Counted from the stretch's first letter, positions 13,190-26,537 are shown. The stretch is DNA of 64,000 nucleotides from Octopus vulgaris (GCA_951406725.2 OX597823.1:4030001-4094000), one strand, 5' to 3'. The notes: a model not told the origin generated them from the sequence alone. Numbers and translations are program-made.

Positions 13190-16030
13190 AGTAATAAAAA
13201 AAAAATAGTAAGGAGAGGTGGAAACTCAACTGCCATGCTTGATTTAGACACCAAATAAGTATTTTACCATGATGCTAATGACCTTTCATCATATTTTTCA
13301 GTCATATTTATAATCAGATAAGATTATTTTCAAGCTGATTGAGTGTATATAATGTTGAGTTATCAGTTTAAAGGATCAGCTGATTACTGGTTCGTATCAA
13401 CTGGAAGTTCTGCCTTGTATTAATGGTAGATGCTCTTAATTCTCATTGGGAAACAGTAAAACCCAGAGAGAATAGTGATAGCTAACATTGTTAATACCCA
13501 ATACATTTGTCTCTGATGGATGCTTCAAACTGAAATGTTATTTCTCTCATCATTTCCATTATGGCCTTCATTGTGGTCATTTTAATGTCCACTTTTTCAA
13601 GCTTTTTTTCATTAGAGAGGCTGAATTTTTTTTTTATCACTTACGGTCCTTTTTGTGGCCAACCCTTACCTGTTTCTAAGCAAGGTAAAATTTCCCAGGT
13701 GGACTTGATTTTGTTGAAGATTGGAAACCATGAACAGGGCTTGTGTAACAGTGAGGCTCATTGGAACCTTTTGTATGATGTCAAGTCAGATACATACATG
13801 CATTTATATACACACAAAGGGGGGGTTAACGTTTCCCCCTCTACCAAATCTACTCACAAGGCTTTGGGTTAGGGTTAGGTAGCTATAGTAGAGGATATAT
13901 ATGCAAGGTGTCATGCAATGGGACTGAACTTGAAACCACATAGGTAGGAAGCAAACTTCTTAACCACACAGCTAACAAAATAATTTGACAACTATCAATT
14001 ACTCAGTCTGCTGAGCTGTAAAATATCCTTCTTGGACAGGTGCAGCTTCTATTTGATTTATCTTCTCAGTGTTTTAAGTCAAGCAACGAAAGAGATTTTA
14101 CTCTGCCAGGCTGGTATTTCTTTAGGTCTTGCATGAAGACCAGCTTCATGAAAAGCTGTCCCAACTCCTCAAAAACTGATCAGATCCCAACATTATCTCT
14201 GTAAGTCTAGACCAATATTTCTCCACCCTCTTTTGCCTAGGGTCTCTTTTTGATTCCTATTTTTCTCCATAGCCATAACATCAAACTGTATTTTTCTAGT
14301 TAAATGTTATTAGGAATCGCATTAAAAAAAAATTTTAATATTTTGTGTATTGCAGAAGTATAAGCAATTTATTGCAGACAAATTTTAACGACAAGATCTT
14401 AATATGAACCCCCTCCTCTCTCCAGGTGGCATGTGGACCCTGGTTGAGAATCACTGGTCTGGACTTATGAATATATATGGAATGTGTGGTATACTTATGT
14501 ATACCTCAACTCTTTAGCATTCAATGGAAACAGGTTCAGTCATGAGGGATTACGAATTTGTTTGGAAGGTTGATGACAACAAAGTCTTTGTGGCTATAGA
14601 AGAAATCTGCCTCTAAGAATTCTGTCTGACCCATGCAAGCGTGGAGAAGTGCATGTTAAAATAATGATAATGTGTGTGTGTATCATGTATGTCTTGTGTT
14701 GCACATATCATGCAGTGTGTGCGTGTGTGTGTGCATATCATGCAACTTGTGTGAGTGGGATTGTCTTTTTTTGTAAACAGTTGGCAATTATTTGGTTTAT
14801 TTGATCACGAATTGTGTATGTCATAAAAACCTAACGATGAATACTTTGTATCATAAATAAGGCCATGTTTTGATGGTGATAATAATAATAATAGTAATAA
14901 TAATAATAACAGTAATAATAATGACTATAAAATGACTGGTGTGTCTTATTAGCGTTGATTCATCTCATTAAACAGATGTGTCCCGTGACTTGAACGGATC
15001 AAAATAAATATCATCGCTTTGAAAGTGTGTGCACGCACGCATGCATATACGTGTGTGTGTGTGGTGGAAGTAGTGTGTTTGTAAATGCCTAACATTCTGA
15101 CCCAGTTAACACCACCACCACAACAACAACCATTTGGTTCTTGGGGCCCAATAGCAGAGTTCATTCTGTTGCAAGCCCCTACACTGGACCCCTCTTCCCT
15201 CGCCCACAGTTATTCTTGTTCACTCGAGTAAGACCCACAATACACTACTAGCCCCCCCCCCCACATTTAGGAAGATACTACTGATGCTGCTGCTACTCAC
15301 ACGACCATTCCGATCCAAATTCAAAAGAAAGCTCCTGCTGCCACCATCTGCAGAACCACCACCACCACCACTGCTACTCGTCCCCTTTTAAAAGGGTTAC
15401 TTTCATAACACTTTTGCCAGCCATACCAGTTCCCTCAGAACATCCACCTCCCTGCTTCTCCCTCATCCTCCCCCCCCTCTGCTGTCACAACTTCATCCAA
15501 TCTGTCCTTCCTCTGGAATTTCCTTCCCCACTGAAATGTTTTTAGGTGGTTATAAACTACGTTGATGTTCCAAATATTGAAGAATCTGCTTGGCTCAGGA
15601 ACACAGTCTGTCTTCAAGACTGATCTGCTGATGTGGAGTACTGATAGCATCAGCTTTCATTAATCTCACCAGTCAAAGATTAACGCAAAGGTGATGGACA
15701 CTCCCTGCCCTGCTTCTTCAATGACTAATGTGTGTGTGTGTGTGTGTGATGATGCCTTAAAGATTTTATAAACTTTCAAGAGAATGTGAAATAATAATTA
15801 TTTGGAACATCTTCTCAAAGCACATAAACGTTTGACATCAATTCTTGCTGGTAAGAACAGAGTTTCTAAAATGTACGGAGAAATTCAAAGGATTGCTTTA
15901 GTACAATGGTAGAATGCCAATAAAGTCTACTGGAGCTGTAGGTTCAAGTCCAGAGGCAGCCTTTGACTTTTCTATCTTTAGGGGTTTTTCAACCCAATAT
16001 ATACATGTTAATATTTACAGCATTTATAAG

Positions 16031-16240
16031 GTGGCGAGCTGGCAGAAACGTTGGCACAGTGGGCAAAATGCTTGGAGGTATTTCATGTCTTGGTGTTCTC
16101 TGTTCAAATTCCGCTGAGGTCGACTTTGCTTTCATCCTTTTGGGATTGATAAATTAAATACCAGTTGTATACTGGGGTTGATCTAATTGACTGGCCCGCC
16201 TCCCCCAAAATTTCGGGCCTTGTGCCTAGAGTAGAAAAAA
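16031..16240 (+). mobile_element. tRNA-derived SINE (family A)
   Basis: Head ggcgagctggcagaaacgttggcac, B-box-like gttcaaattcc, conserved core gtcgactttgctttcatccttttggg, tail ...tttcgggccttgtgcctagagtagaaa. Confidence 0.8.
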
Positions 16241-16374
16241 GAATATTTATAGTATTCATGTGCTTCAAGAACCAATTCCTGTACACACACACACAATACC
16301 CTACATTCAGTTTCCATTCATCAAATCCATCCACAAGGCTGTGGTCAACCCAGGGCTATAGCAGAAGACACAGC

Positions 16375-16420
<46 letters not shown>

Positions 16421-17000
16421 TATTTATACTTTCCACATACATAAAAATTCACATAATACTCTGGAATTATTGAAATTGGCATTGTTGTTGCTATGGCAAT
16501 ACTACTTTGTTTATGGACTTCCAATTGTATTTTTACTTTATTTAATTCAAGATGAAAGAGGTCATTTGAATTTATGATTCTATAACTTTATTGTGCCATA
16601 GACTTATTATTTCTTTGTACATTTCATGATCTGATTATTCCTAATTAAATTCATTTGAATGCTTCTGTTGTTGTTTCTTTAGATTTATAGAAATTATTGT
16701 TGAAAAATGTTTCTAAGTTTCTAATCTCCTGCTCAGTGTCGTCACGGATGAATGAGATTTCAGAAAAATCTACTACAGTAGTGTCATTGTAAACAAACAG
16801 ATTTTTTTCATTATATGTGTGTGGTGGATTGCTGAATCATTGGCACGTTGGAAAAATGCTCTGCAGTATTTGTTCTACTGCTAGATTTTGAGATCAAATC
16901 TTGCTGAGGTCAATTTTGGGAAAATCTACCATACTGGTGAATCAGTGTAATAGATATAATATATATATATGTGTGTGTGTGTGTGTTATATATATATATA

Positions 17001-18700
17001 TCCAATGATTGGTGTAACAGCATTATAGTCAACTGCTTCAAAGGCAAAGGTAATGCCTTCGACAGAAATAATTCAGAAGAATCCAAATTGCTGAACCAAG
17101 TGATGAAAGTCACAGAAAGGTTCATAGTTCAATTAATTAGGGAGAGAGTTAGTGTAGATGAAATATGGTTTGGATTTGTGCCAGGCAGGAGCATAACTGA
17201 TGCAATATTCCTAGTTAGGAGAAATATGTAGCCAAAAACGTTGTACCTGGCTTTTGTTGACTTGGAGAAAGCCTGGTCAATGCAGAAGCTGGGGATAGCT
17301 GAGTCGTTAGTGAGAGCAGTACAAGCCATGTACAAGGATGCAGCCAGTAGGTGAACGTTGGCAACAAGTATAGCAATGAATTCAGTGTACAGGTAGGAGT
17401 CCACCAAAGCTTACTTCTCAGCCCCCTCCTGTTTATCTTAGTCCTCCAGGCCTTAACAGAGGAATTCAAGATTGGCTGTCCCCGGGAGCCCCTCTGTGCT
17501 GATGACCTTGCTCTTATAGCTCAATCACTACCTGACCTAGAGAAGAAATTTCAGGTGTGGAAGCAAGGTCTGGAATCGAAGAGCTTTAGGGTTAATTTAG
17601 CAAAAACCAAAGTCCTAGTAAATAGGAAAACAAACAAATCACAAATCTCTTCTGGGAGATGGTCCTGCTTGGTATGTAAGAAGGGTGTTGGTAGAAACTC
17701 CATACGTTGTACCCAGTGCAAGCTTTGGACACATTAGAGGTGCAGCAATTATTAAAGGAAAGTTAACTGAGAATATAATCTTTGTGTGTGCTGAATGTGC
17801 AAGAACAATTAAGCACTAAAGATAAGCAGATAACAGGCTTCCTCAAATGCCCGGGGGATTAGTAGTAGTAGTAGATAGCTTCTGTTACCTAGGAGACCAT
17901 GTTAGCAGCAGGAGAGGGAGTTCTGAAAGTGTAGTTGTTAGGATAAGAACAGGCTGGGCAAAGTCCAGAGAGCTTCTAGCTTTGTTGGTAACTAAGGGAT
18001 TTTCTCTGTGTGAAAGGCAGAGTGTATGATACCTGTGTACACAGAGCTATGTTACTCGGCAGTGAAATATGGGATTTGACTATGGAGGACTTATGAAGAG
18101 TTGAAAGAAATGAAGCTAGTTGCTCCTCTGGATGGGTAATGTCAGTGTGCACATGTGACAGAGTGTAAATGACTTAAGAGGAAAACTGGGTCTAAGAGGC
18201 ATCGGATGTTGTGTGCGAAAGTGAAGACTACGTTGGTTTGGTCATGTGATGCATATGGATGAGGACAGCTGCATAAAGAAATACCGTGCTCTAATTGTAG
18301 AGGGTACCTGTGGAAAGGGTAGGCCCAGGAAGAGGTGAGAGAGGATCTTTGGATGCTGAGCCTCACTGAGGAAATTACAAGGGATGGGAGATGTGGAAAT
18401 TTGCTGTACTTGATATGACACATCAAGTTAGGTAAAACTGCTGTCTTCCACGCATATAGACTTGTCCTTTCAGGTGCTGGTGTTGCATTAATGCATCTGT
18501 GTTGGTGCTGCATAAACACGCTTATGCCAGTGGTACATGAAAAGCAGCCAGCACACTCTGTAAAGTGGTTGGCGTTAGGAAGGGCTTCCAGCCTTAGAAA
18601 CCATGCCTTAACAGACAGCTAGTCTGGACAGCCCCCCTGCTAGCTGCCTTCATTCAGCCCAAGTCAGCATGGAAAGTGGATGTTAAACAATGTTGATAAT
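17001..18700 (+). mobile_element. 5'-truncated, frameshifted RTE-clade LINE (RT domain, Cys-rich finger, 3' UTR)
   Basis: RT motifs in broken ORFs: FKGKG, FGFVPGRSITDAIF, AFVDLEKA, GVHQSLLLSPLLF, ADDLAL, NLAKTKV. Then CLVCKKGVGRNSIRCTQCKLWTH. Multiple stops and frameshifts. Inserted next to (TA)n. Confidence 0.92.
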
Positions 18701-18969
18701 ATATCTTTTACTTGTCTCAGTCATTAGACTGTGGTCATGCTGGGGCACTGCCTTGAAGAATTTTAGTTGAACAAATTAAACCCAGTACTTCTTGAGTTTG
18801 GTACTTATTTTATCCATCTCTTTTACCAAACCACTAAGTTACTGTGGCATAAACATACCAACACTGATTAAGTGTCGTCTCCCCCATACACACACCTAGC
18901 TTCCGCAAGTGTCAAACTAATACAGGTTTTGTTGAATTTTCTGCTGCTTTAAATAATGTATATATAGAT

Positions 18970-19545
18970 ATCATCATCATCATTGTTTAGCGTCCGCTTT
19001 CCATGCTAGCATGGGTTGGACGGTTCAACTGGGGTCTGGGAAGCCAGAAGGCTGCACCAGGCCCAGTCTGATCTGGCAATGTTTCTATGGCTGGATGCCC
19101 TTCCTAACGCCAACCACTCTGTGAGTGTGGTGGATGCTTTTTATGTGCCACTGGCACAGGTGCCCGGTGAGGCTGGCAACGGCCACGATCGGATGGTGGT
19201 TTTTATGTGCAACCGGCACGAGGCCAGTCGGGGCGGCGCTGGCAACGGCCACGTTCGGATGGTTCTGTTACGTACCACTGGCACTGGTATCACAGCTTCA
19301 ATTTCCATTGATGTTGATCGATTTTGATTTTCACTTGCCTCAACAGGTCTTCACAAGTAGAGTTTTGTGTCCCAAGAAGGAAAGATATGCATAAGTGGAC
19401 TGGCTACATCCCATGTAGAGGCCATGGGTTATGGTCTCACTTGTCCTACCGGGTCTTCTCACACACAGCATACTTCCAAAGGTCTCGGTCTCTAGTCATT
19501 TCCTTGGTGAGACGTAAAGTTTGAAGGTCGTGCTTCACCACCTCG
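18970..19545 (-). mobile_element. RTE 3' UTR fragment with internal tandem units
   Basis: Homologous to 10944-11520, with a (CAT)n tail at about 18971 and CpG-retaining about 57-bp repeats. Confidence 0.7.
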
Positions 19546-19834
19546 ACAGGCTTCTTTTAGTTTCCTAGCTTTGGCCAGCCCAAGGCTATAGTAGGAGACA
19601 CTTGCCCAAAGAGTCACTCTGTGGGACTGAATCCACAGCCATGTGGTTGGGAAGCAAACTTATTACCACACAGCCATGTGTATGCGTATACACACACGCA
19701 GCCAGCTGTCACCCATGACTAAGTATGGTTTGGTACCATGTACCCTGGTTTCACTAATTGTTTTATGTCTCTGTTGTCACTTTCTTGAGTTTCCCGTCCT
19801 TTGACCCAGCAACATACCCTGAATGTGACAGCTG

Positions 19835-19865
<31 letters not shown>

Positions 19866-20104
19866 CTAGAGCTAGCTAGCTGTACTCAACTGGCTCTCAT
19901 TTCCAGCTGTCTAAACTGGAGCAATGTGAAATTAAGTGTCTTGCTCAAAGACATAATGCACTGCCTGGACCAGGAATTGAATGGATGACATTATGGTCAT
20001 AAGTTGAACACCCCTAACAACTAAGCTTCACTATATACACACACACACACCTCTCCCCCACTTGTGTATGTGCATATATATCATCATCATCTAACATTTG
20101 TTGT

Positions 20105-20145
<41 letters not shown>

Positions 20146-20335
20146 CATACACCCCCCTCTCCCCTACGTGTATGTGCATGTGTATATATATCTCATCATT
20201 TACCGTATGTTGTCCATATATATATTGAAAAGGTTGCAAGACTGCAATGAAAATTTTAGAAAAGAAATAAGTGGAAATTTTACCGGTGAGTGTGTTAAAT
20301 AATAAGGCACTAAAAGAGAATGACTCTCCCCAGAC

Positions 20336-20395
<60 letters not shown>

Positions 20396-21908
20396 CAAAT
20401 GTAAAATTAAAAGAAAAATTTGATGATTTACCAACCTCTGTATTCTTTATAAAAGCACCATTTGAGCATTGAGCCTCATGGAAGCAATGTGACCGATGCC
20501 AGTGTCACATAACTGGCACCCGTGTTGGTGGCACATAAAAGCACCCATTACACTCGGTGGTTGACATTAGGAAGGGCATCCAGGTGTAAATCATCATCAT
20601 CGTTTAACATCCGCTTTCCATGCTGGCATGGGTTGGACAATTTGATTGAGGGCTGGCGAACCAGATGGCTGCACCAGGCTTCAATCTTCATCTGGCAGAA
20701 TTTCGACAGCTGGATGCCCTTCGTAACACAAACCACTCAAAGAGTGTAGTGGGGGCTTTTACGTGCCACTGACATGGGGTCAGTTAGGCAGTACTGGCAA
20801 CGACCTCGCTCGAATCTCTAACACATGCCACCAGCACAGGTGCCAGTAAGGCGATGCTGGTAACGATCATACTCGAATGGTGTCTTTTATGCGCCTCCGG
20901 CACAGAGGCCAGATAGCCGCTCTGGCAATGATCACGCTTGGATGGTGGTCTTACTAGCTCGGGGCTTGAGTGCCAGTAAGGCGACGTTGGTAATGATCAC
21001 GCTCGAATGGTGCCTTTTAAGTTCCACTGGCACGGAAGCCGGTTAGAAACCATGCCAAATCAGACTGGAGTCTAGTGCAGCCCTCAGCTAACCAGTCCTG
21101 GTCAAACCATCCAACCCATTCTAGCATGGACAGTGGACGTTAAATGATGATGATAATTATATATATATATATATATATATGCATATTCATACATACATAC
21201 TGATAATAGTAATGTTAAGGTGGTGGGGTGGTGGCAGAAGGATGGCAATGGGAGTACCTGTCATAGTATTGAATGTGGTGGCAGTAGTAGTTGTCATGTC
21301 AGTCATGTAGTAGTGAATGTGGGGGTGATAGTGGCAGTAGTGTTTGTGATGGTGGTGGTAGTGTTAATTATGGTGGTGCAGCTAATCGCCAAACTGCATT
21401 AACATCACCTTACAACAGTTGTACAGGCTGTGGTGATGGGGGTGGGCGGTTGGCCAGGATTTGTTTTGAAATACATTGACATTTAACCGAGATCTGTACA
21501 GAAGTTAATTAATGACTACAGCCTACCCTTTCCGGTTCACCTCGTTATGTTTACATAGCATCACCACCACTACCATCCTCTCTTCTACTGCTGCCTGTAC
21601 AACATTCCTAAGGTGTCTTATCTGGACCCTTCATCAACTCCTCAACTAGTTTCCAGCTAACTTTACCAGTTTGTCGACCTTATATCTTGTGATTGCACTT
21701 TGTAAAACAAACACACGCAGGCTTACAGACTCCTCACTCTCTTCCCTCTCCTCTTCTCATAACTTTTTCTTCTTTATCTCCCCCCCCCCCCCTCTTTCTC
21801 CTGGTATGTTTAGTGTGAAGTTAAATGTTGCCATACCTGAACCTTTGAATTATTTGTGGGGCTGGTCTTTTCTCTCTCATCTTCACAAAATTGGCATATT
21901 CATACATA

Positions 21909-21960
<52 letters not shown>

Positions 21961-21963
<3 letters not shown>

Positions 21964-22270
21964 TAAAACGGTAAGATAACAAAAGAAAGAAAGAAACCTC
22001 AATATTATGTAAATAGAGTAATTTATCTGTAAATATAATATAATATATATTCAATAGCCAAGATAAAACTCCGAGTTTCAGATGCTGAGGTGGAAATCCA
22101 CACCACCATCTTTTCAGTTATCCGGCCATCAAAAAAAAAACAAAAAACGATGGCCGGATAACTGAAGAGATGGTGGCATGGATTTCCACCTCGGCATCTG
22201 AAACTCGGAGTTTTATCTTGGCTACCGAATAGTTGTCACATATTATATTTACAGATATATATATATATAT
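21961..22270. mobile_element. (TA)n-embedded foldback element, probably Penelope-like terminal repeat derived
   Basis: Inverted arms 22055-22130 / 22149-22224 (extendable to 22024-22257) around an A-rich loop. Flanked by (TA)n on both sides. Contains a hammerhead-like core. Confidence 0.65.
22153..22222 (+). ncRNA. Minimal type I hammerhead ribozyme-like motif
   Basis: Stem I gataa(22157-61)/ttatc(22213-17), CTGAAGA 22162-68, stem II gatg.../...catc, GAAAC 22200-04, stem III ACTC-G-GAGT, NUH = GTT 22210-12. One extra T precedes GAAA. Confidence 0.55.
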
Positions 22271-22642
22271 ATAATTAAGATTCAGTTGAATTAGGCACTT
22301 AAGTTGAGGCACTAAGTCAATCTGGTATTATCTGCACAGCTTGAAGTAAGGTAGCAGCATGTAATTCTTCCATTCTCTTGTTCTGATGAAATTTTTGCTA
22401 AAAATTATACTGGAGTATCCTGTATGTTGAAAACTTATATTATACATCTGAAGATGGCAGTGCATTTCAAATTGATGTAATGCTTGCATTGTTCAATTAA
22501 ATGGAACCACCTGAAATGGCGTAATGCACCAATACCTTGACATCCTTGTTATATGCTATTATATATATATATAATTTTGTTGTAGTTCCATATGACTTAG
22601 GACTTAGTGGGTGCATAGGATGTGTCCATCTTATCAGATAGT

Positions 22643-22687
<45 letters not shown>

Positions 22688-22848
22688 GTGCTTATATATA
22701 GATGTGTGTCTGTGTTAAATATAACATTATTTTAAGATAGAAGAAAAAAACTAGTTCCAAGAGTGGAACCTGAAGCCTGCATTAATTGTTCACAGTTAAT
22801 GTTTATTCAATTTAAAATGATTGCCTATAACTTATTTCAATGGACAAA

Positions 22849-23243
22849 TCTCTCTATATATATAAAGCTGAAGTTGTCTGTGTATGGCAGGTTTGGTAGC
22901 CTTCAACTGACACTATCTCCTCCGAGACCCTGCGGCACAAGTTGACCAAAATTGAGAGTATGATAGAAGAATGCTTGCTCTTCCTTCCGTAGAAGAAAAA
23001 ATTCAAATTGGACCATGTTAACACCAAAAATTATTTACATCAAAAAGGTGCTTTTTTTCTATGAAAAACCCCATTTTTTTACGATCTTTTGACTGCTGTG
23101 TTGCCATTTTTCGGTGTATTTCAACCAGAAAAATATTCACTTAAAGAGAATAACAAGCTACATAATGCAAAATTTTTACTTTTCAAAAATTCCAATTCTA
23201 AAGGATCGAAACAAACCTGAGCAATGCTGGGTGATATTGCTAG
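22849..23243 (+). mobile_element. Non-autonomous Helitron
   Basis: A|TC 5' end (tctctctatatatataaag), 3' CTAG|T end, eroded subterminal hairpin acctgagcaatgctgggt about 10 nt before the end, no TSD. Confidence 0.75.
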
Positions 23244-24313
23244 TATTTCTATAAAATATTGATAATGAGATATACAAATAAAGATGTTTTTCTATTATTT
23301 TTTTTCGTTCGTTCAACTCCTGCAACTGTGGGAAAATAGATGTAAAAAAACAACATGAATGATATTTATATATTTACTCATTTTCATGCATATATGTATG
23401 TTTATTTGGATGTACAGGTGAAAGTAAAGATACTCAGTAGATACAGAAGTGTCTTTGATTCTACCTTTGGAATGACCAGAGCCTTGTAAATAGATTTATT
23501 AGATGGAAACTAAAAGAAGCTTATGTGTGTGTGTGTGTGTGTGTGTGTCTCGCCTTGTTTTGACATCATATGATGTTTGTAAATGAGTGTCACTGTCATC
23601 CAAATGTTTGTTTCCAGCCTCTAGAGAGAAACATGTCTAGCCATGAGGAAATGGTTGGCAGCAGGGAGAGCGTCCTGCTGTAGAAAATCCACCTCAACAA
23701 ACTCATGTAAGCATGGAAAATTGGATAATGATAGTGATCATCTAGATATATTTTAATTATCCTATGCTCATATTCATCCCCATAGGTACATATTCACATC
23801 TACACACACACACACAATCACATAATATGCCTACACACATACATCACTCTCCAAGTAATCTTCACAGAGTTGTATCAAAACTGTAGGATTTGATGGGATT
23901 CTGTTTCATATTTTATTAATCTGGCATTCGATTTATGGTAAATATTTACTATTACACCTGCCTTATGAAACAGGTGTAATTTCTGATCAGTGGAAGTTTG
24001 GAATAGCTCTCATCATCTCTTCATAGAGGAGGAAAAGTGCAAGAAACGGGTAATTGTTTCCTTCTGTCAAGAATTTTTTGTCACCAAAACTTAATTTTTT
24101 TTAACATTGCAAATTCTGTGCCTCTTTTCTGGTAAATTTCTTAAAAAAAAAAAAAAAATGGTAACTGAATAATTCTTTTCTGATGTTGTTAATGGCATTG
24201 ATACTATTGTTGTTGTTGTTGTTGTTGTTGTTGTTATTTCTACATATATCAATGAGATCAAACCTTGATATCTCATCTAACAGTGGTCTCAACTTACTTC
24301 CAAAAACATGCAG

Positions 24314-24331
24314 CATTGGAGATTCTCTCAG
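24314..24331 (+). CDS. shot: Putative 18-nt alternative microexon (HWRFSQ) of the spectraplakin CH1 domain
   Basis: atgcag|CAT TGG AGA TTC TCT CAG|gttagt, phase 0-0. It lies in the intron preceding the ASRRISE exon, where plectin has exon 2alpha (HWRAE). CTAAC branch-like motif at 24277-24281. Confidence 0.7.
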
Positions 24332-26304
24332 GTTAGTCATTCTCTTAGCATGGTTTCTTATTTTTACTATTGCTGTTGGTGTTGCTATTGTTGTTGTTGT
24401 GATGATTAAGCATTATTATTATTATTAATTGCTTTCTTGAATTTCTGCAAATTTAGAATTTACATTGCAGCATTTTGTTCATTGGTTAAAAGAAAAGTTC
24501 TGTCGTGTTTTACATTATTTTAAGCTATTTTTTTGCTCTTCTTTTGTTTTGCTCCTTGACATTACAATCAATTTTTGCTTAAGAAAATGTCCAGCAGTTT
24601 TTTTAAAAAAAAGTTTTTTTAAAATTAAATTTTTTGTTATGGTTTTATTTCTACCAGCAACTCACATGCTTCCGCTGTATTGAATATGTGTTTGTGTGCA
24701 TTCATGCATGTGTCTTGTTGTTATTGTGTTTGTTAGTCTCTGGCTTGTGGTTATTCCTGTTCTCAAAACTGGGGATCTTTCACGTTTGTTAGTGATTTTT
24801 GTATCTTCCCTCTGTTATTTGTTTAATAATTCAACAAAGTCTCAAATAATTCAACACCATGTTCAGCCTAAACTGCAGGTAGATGGTAATGATCAATGCA
24901 ATAGAAAAACCAGACTAAATATTTGAGATTTAATTTTGTACTCCCATCTAAATACCTTGATCATATCTTTTTAATACTGTTGTCCCCTGTAAAAAGATCG
25001 CCATTTATATACTCTTAGTGAGCACAATTATTATCTGAACGAAAAAAAGGGCTTTGTGTCCCTAGCAAAGAAATCCTTATCGGCAAATTAATAGAAGTGT
25101 TAATTCACCAAATTAGTTTAAGCTCATTTCTCTACATTTTAAGCTCACATCTTGGTATATTTGCTATTCCATTACCTCTAATTCTTTCAAAATAAGGAAC
25201 CAGTAATATGCTACTTTATTTAATCCATACCATTTTACTGTAAAAAAAATTTAAAAACCTGCTCTTGCACCTATGTAAGAAACCATTATTATTGTTATTA
25301 TTATCTTGGGTGGCAAACTGCTTACTGGCTTTTCATCCATTGCTATGTTTCAAGTTGAAATTCTGCTGGAGTCAACTTTGCCTTTCATCCTTTTTGGGAT
25401 CAATAAAATAGGTACCAGTTGAGCACTGGGGTCAATGTAATCGACTTAATCTCTCCCCCAAATTTTAGGCCTTGTGCATGCAATAGGACTATTATTATTA
25501 CTACTACTATTACTACTATCTACGATTAATATGCTTATTGCTGTTATTATTGCTATAAATAATAGGGCAGTAGATTGGCAGAATTGTTTGAGTATTAAAC
25601 AAAAGGCTTTACATAGTTTACTGCCCTTTGTCTTCTGAGGTCAAATCCTGTTGAAGTCAATTTTGCTTTTCAGCCTTTTTTGGTTGTTAAAACAAAGTCA
25701 AATACTGGGCCTGATGGTATCAATTATTCCCCTGCCCACTAGATTTCAGGCCTTGTCTCTATGCTAGAAACAGTTACTGCTATTATGAGTGTGTGTGAAG
25801 GCATGTGGCCTAGTGGTTGGGCTGTTGCACTCAAAATTGCTAGATTGTGGGTTCAGTTCCCTGATTGAGCGTCACACTGTGTTCTTGAGCGTCACACTGT
25901 GTTCTTGAGTAAAACACTTCATTTTACATTGCCCCAGCCCCCCCCTCGATCAGTGGGGGTTGTTGGCCTGCTTGCCTAGCCAGTGGGGTGTTGTCATTTG
26001 AAGGCTAAAACAATGCATAAGCGCATTGTGACCAGCAATGTTTAACAACATCTGATAGCCCGGTCAGTCACATGATACACACAAACACACCTATCCATCC
26101 CAACTGATCGAAGTCCCAAGCCCCACCACAATATTGTGTGTGTGTGGCCATGGGTTTCTCCTTGTGAAACACTGGACTTCAAGATTTTATATTCATGAGC
26201 TTAATCTCACCAATGAGATAAAATATTTTGTTGACCTGAAATAAGTACCACAATGTCAACCAAGTACTGCTAATGGACCCATAAAGTACTATCTAAAATA
26301 AGTA

Positions 26305-26537
26305 CCTATTTTTTTACTACCCACAAGGGGCTAAACACAGAGAGGACAAACAAGGACAGACAAACGGATTCAGTTGATTATATTGACCCCAGTGCGCAAC
26401 TGGTACTTATTTAATCGACCCCGAAAGGATGAAAGGCAAAGTTGACCTTGGTGGAATTTGAACTCAGAACGTAACGGCAGATGAAACACTGCTAAGCATT
26501 TCGCCCAGCATGCTAACATATCTACCAGCTTGCTGCC
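26305..26537 (-). mobile_element. tRNA-derived SINE (family A, second tail type)
   Basis: Reverse complement of 59661-59894 at high similarity. Confidence 0.85.

Noticed and set aside
13866-13880. TTAGGG-like motif
   Set aside because: Under two full units inside a SINE. Not an interstitial telomere array.
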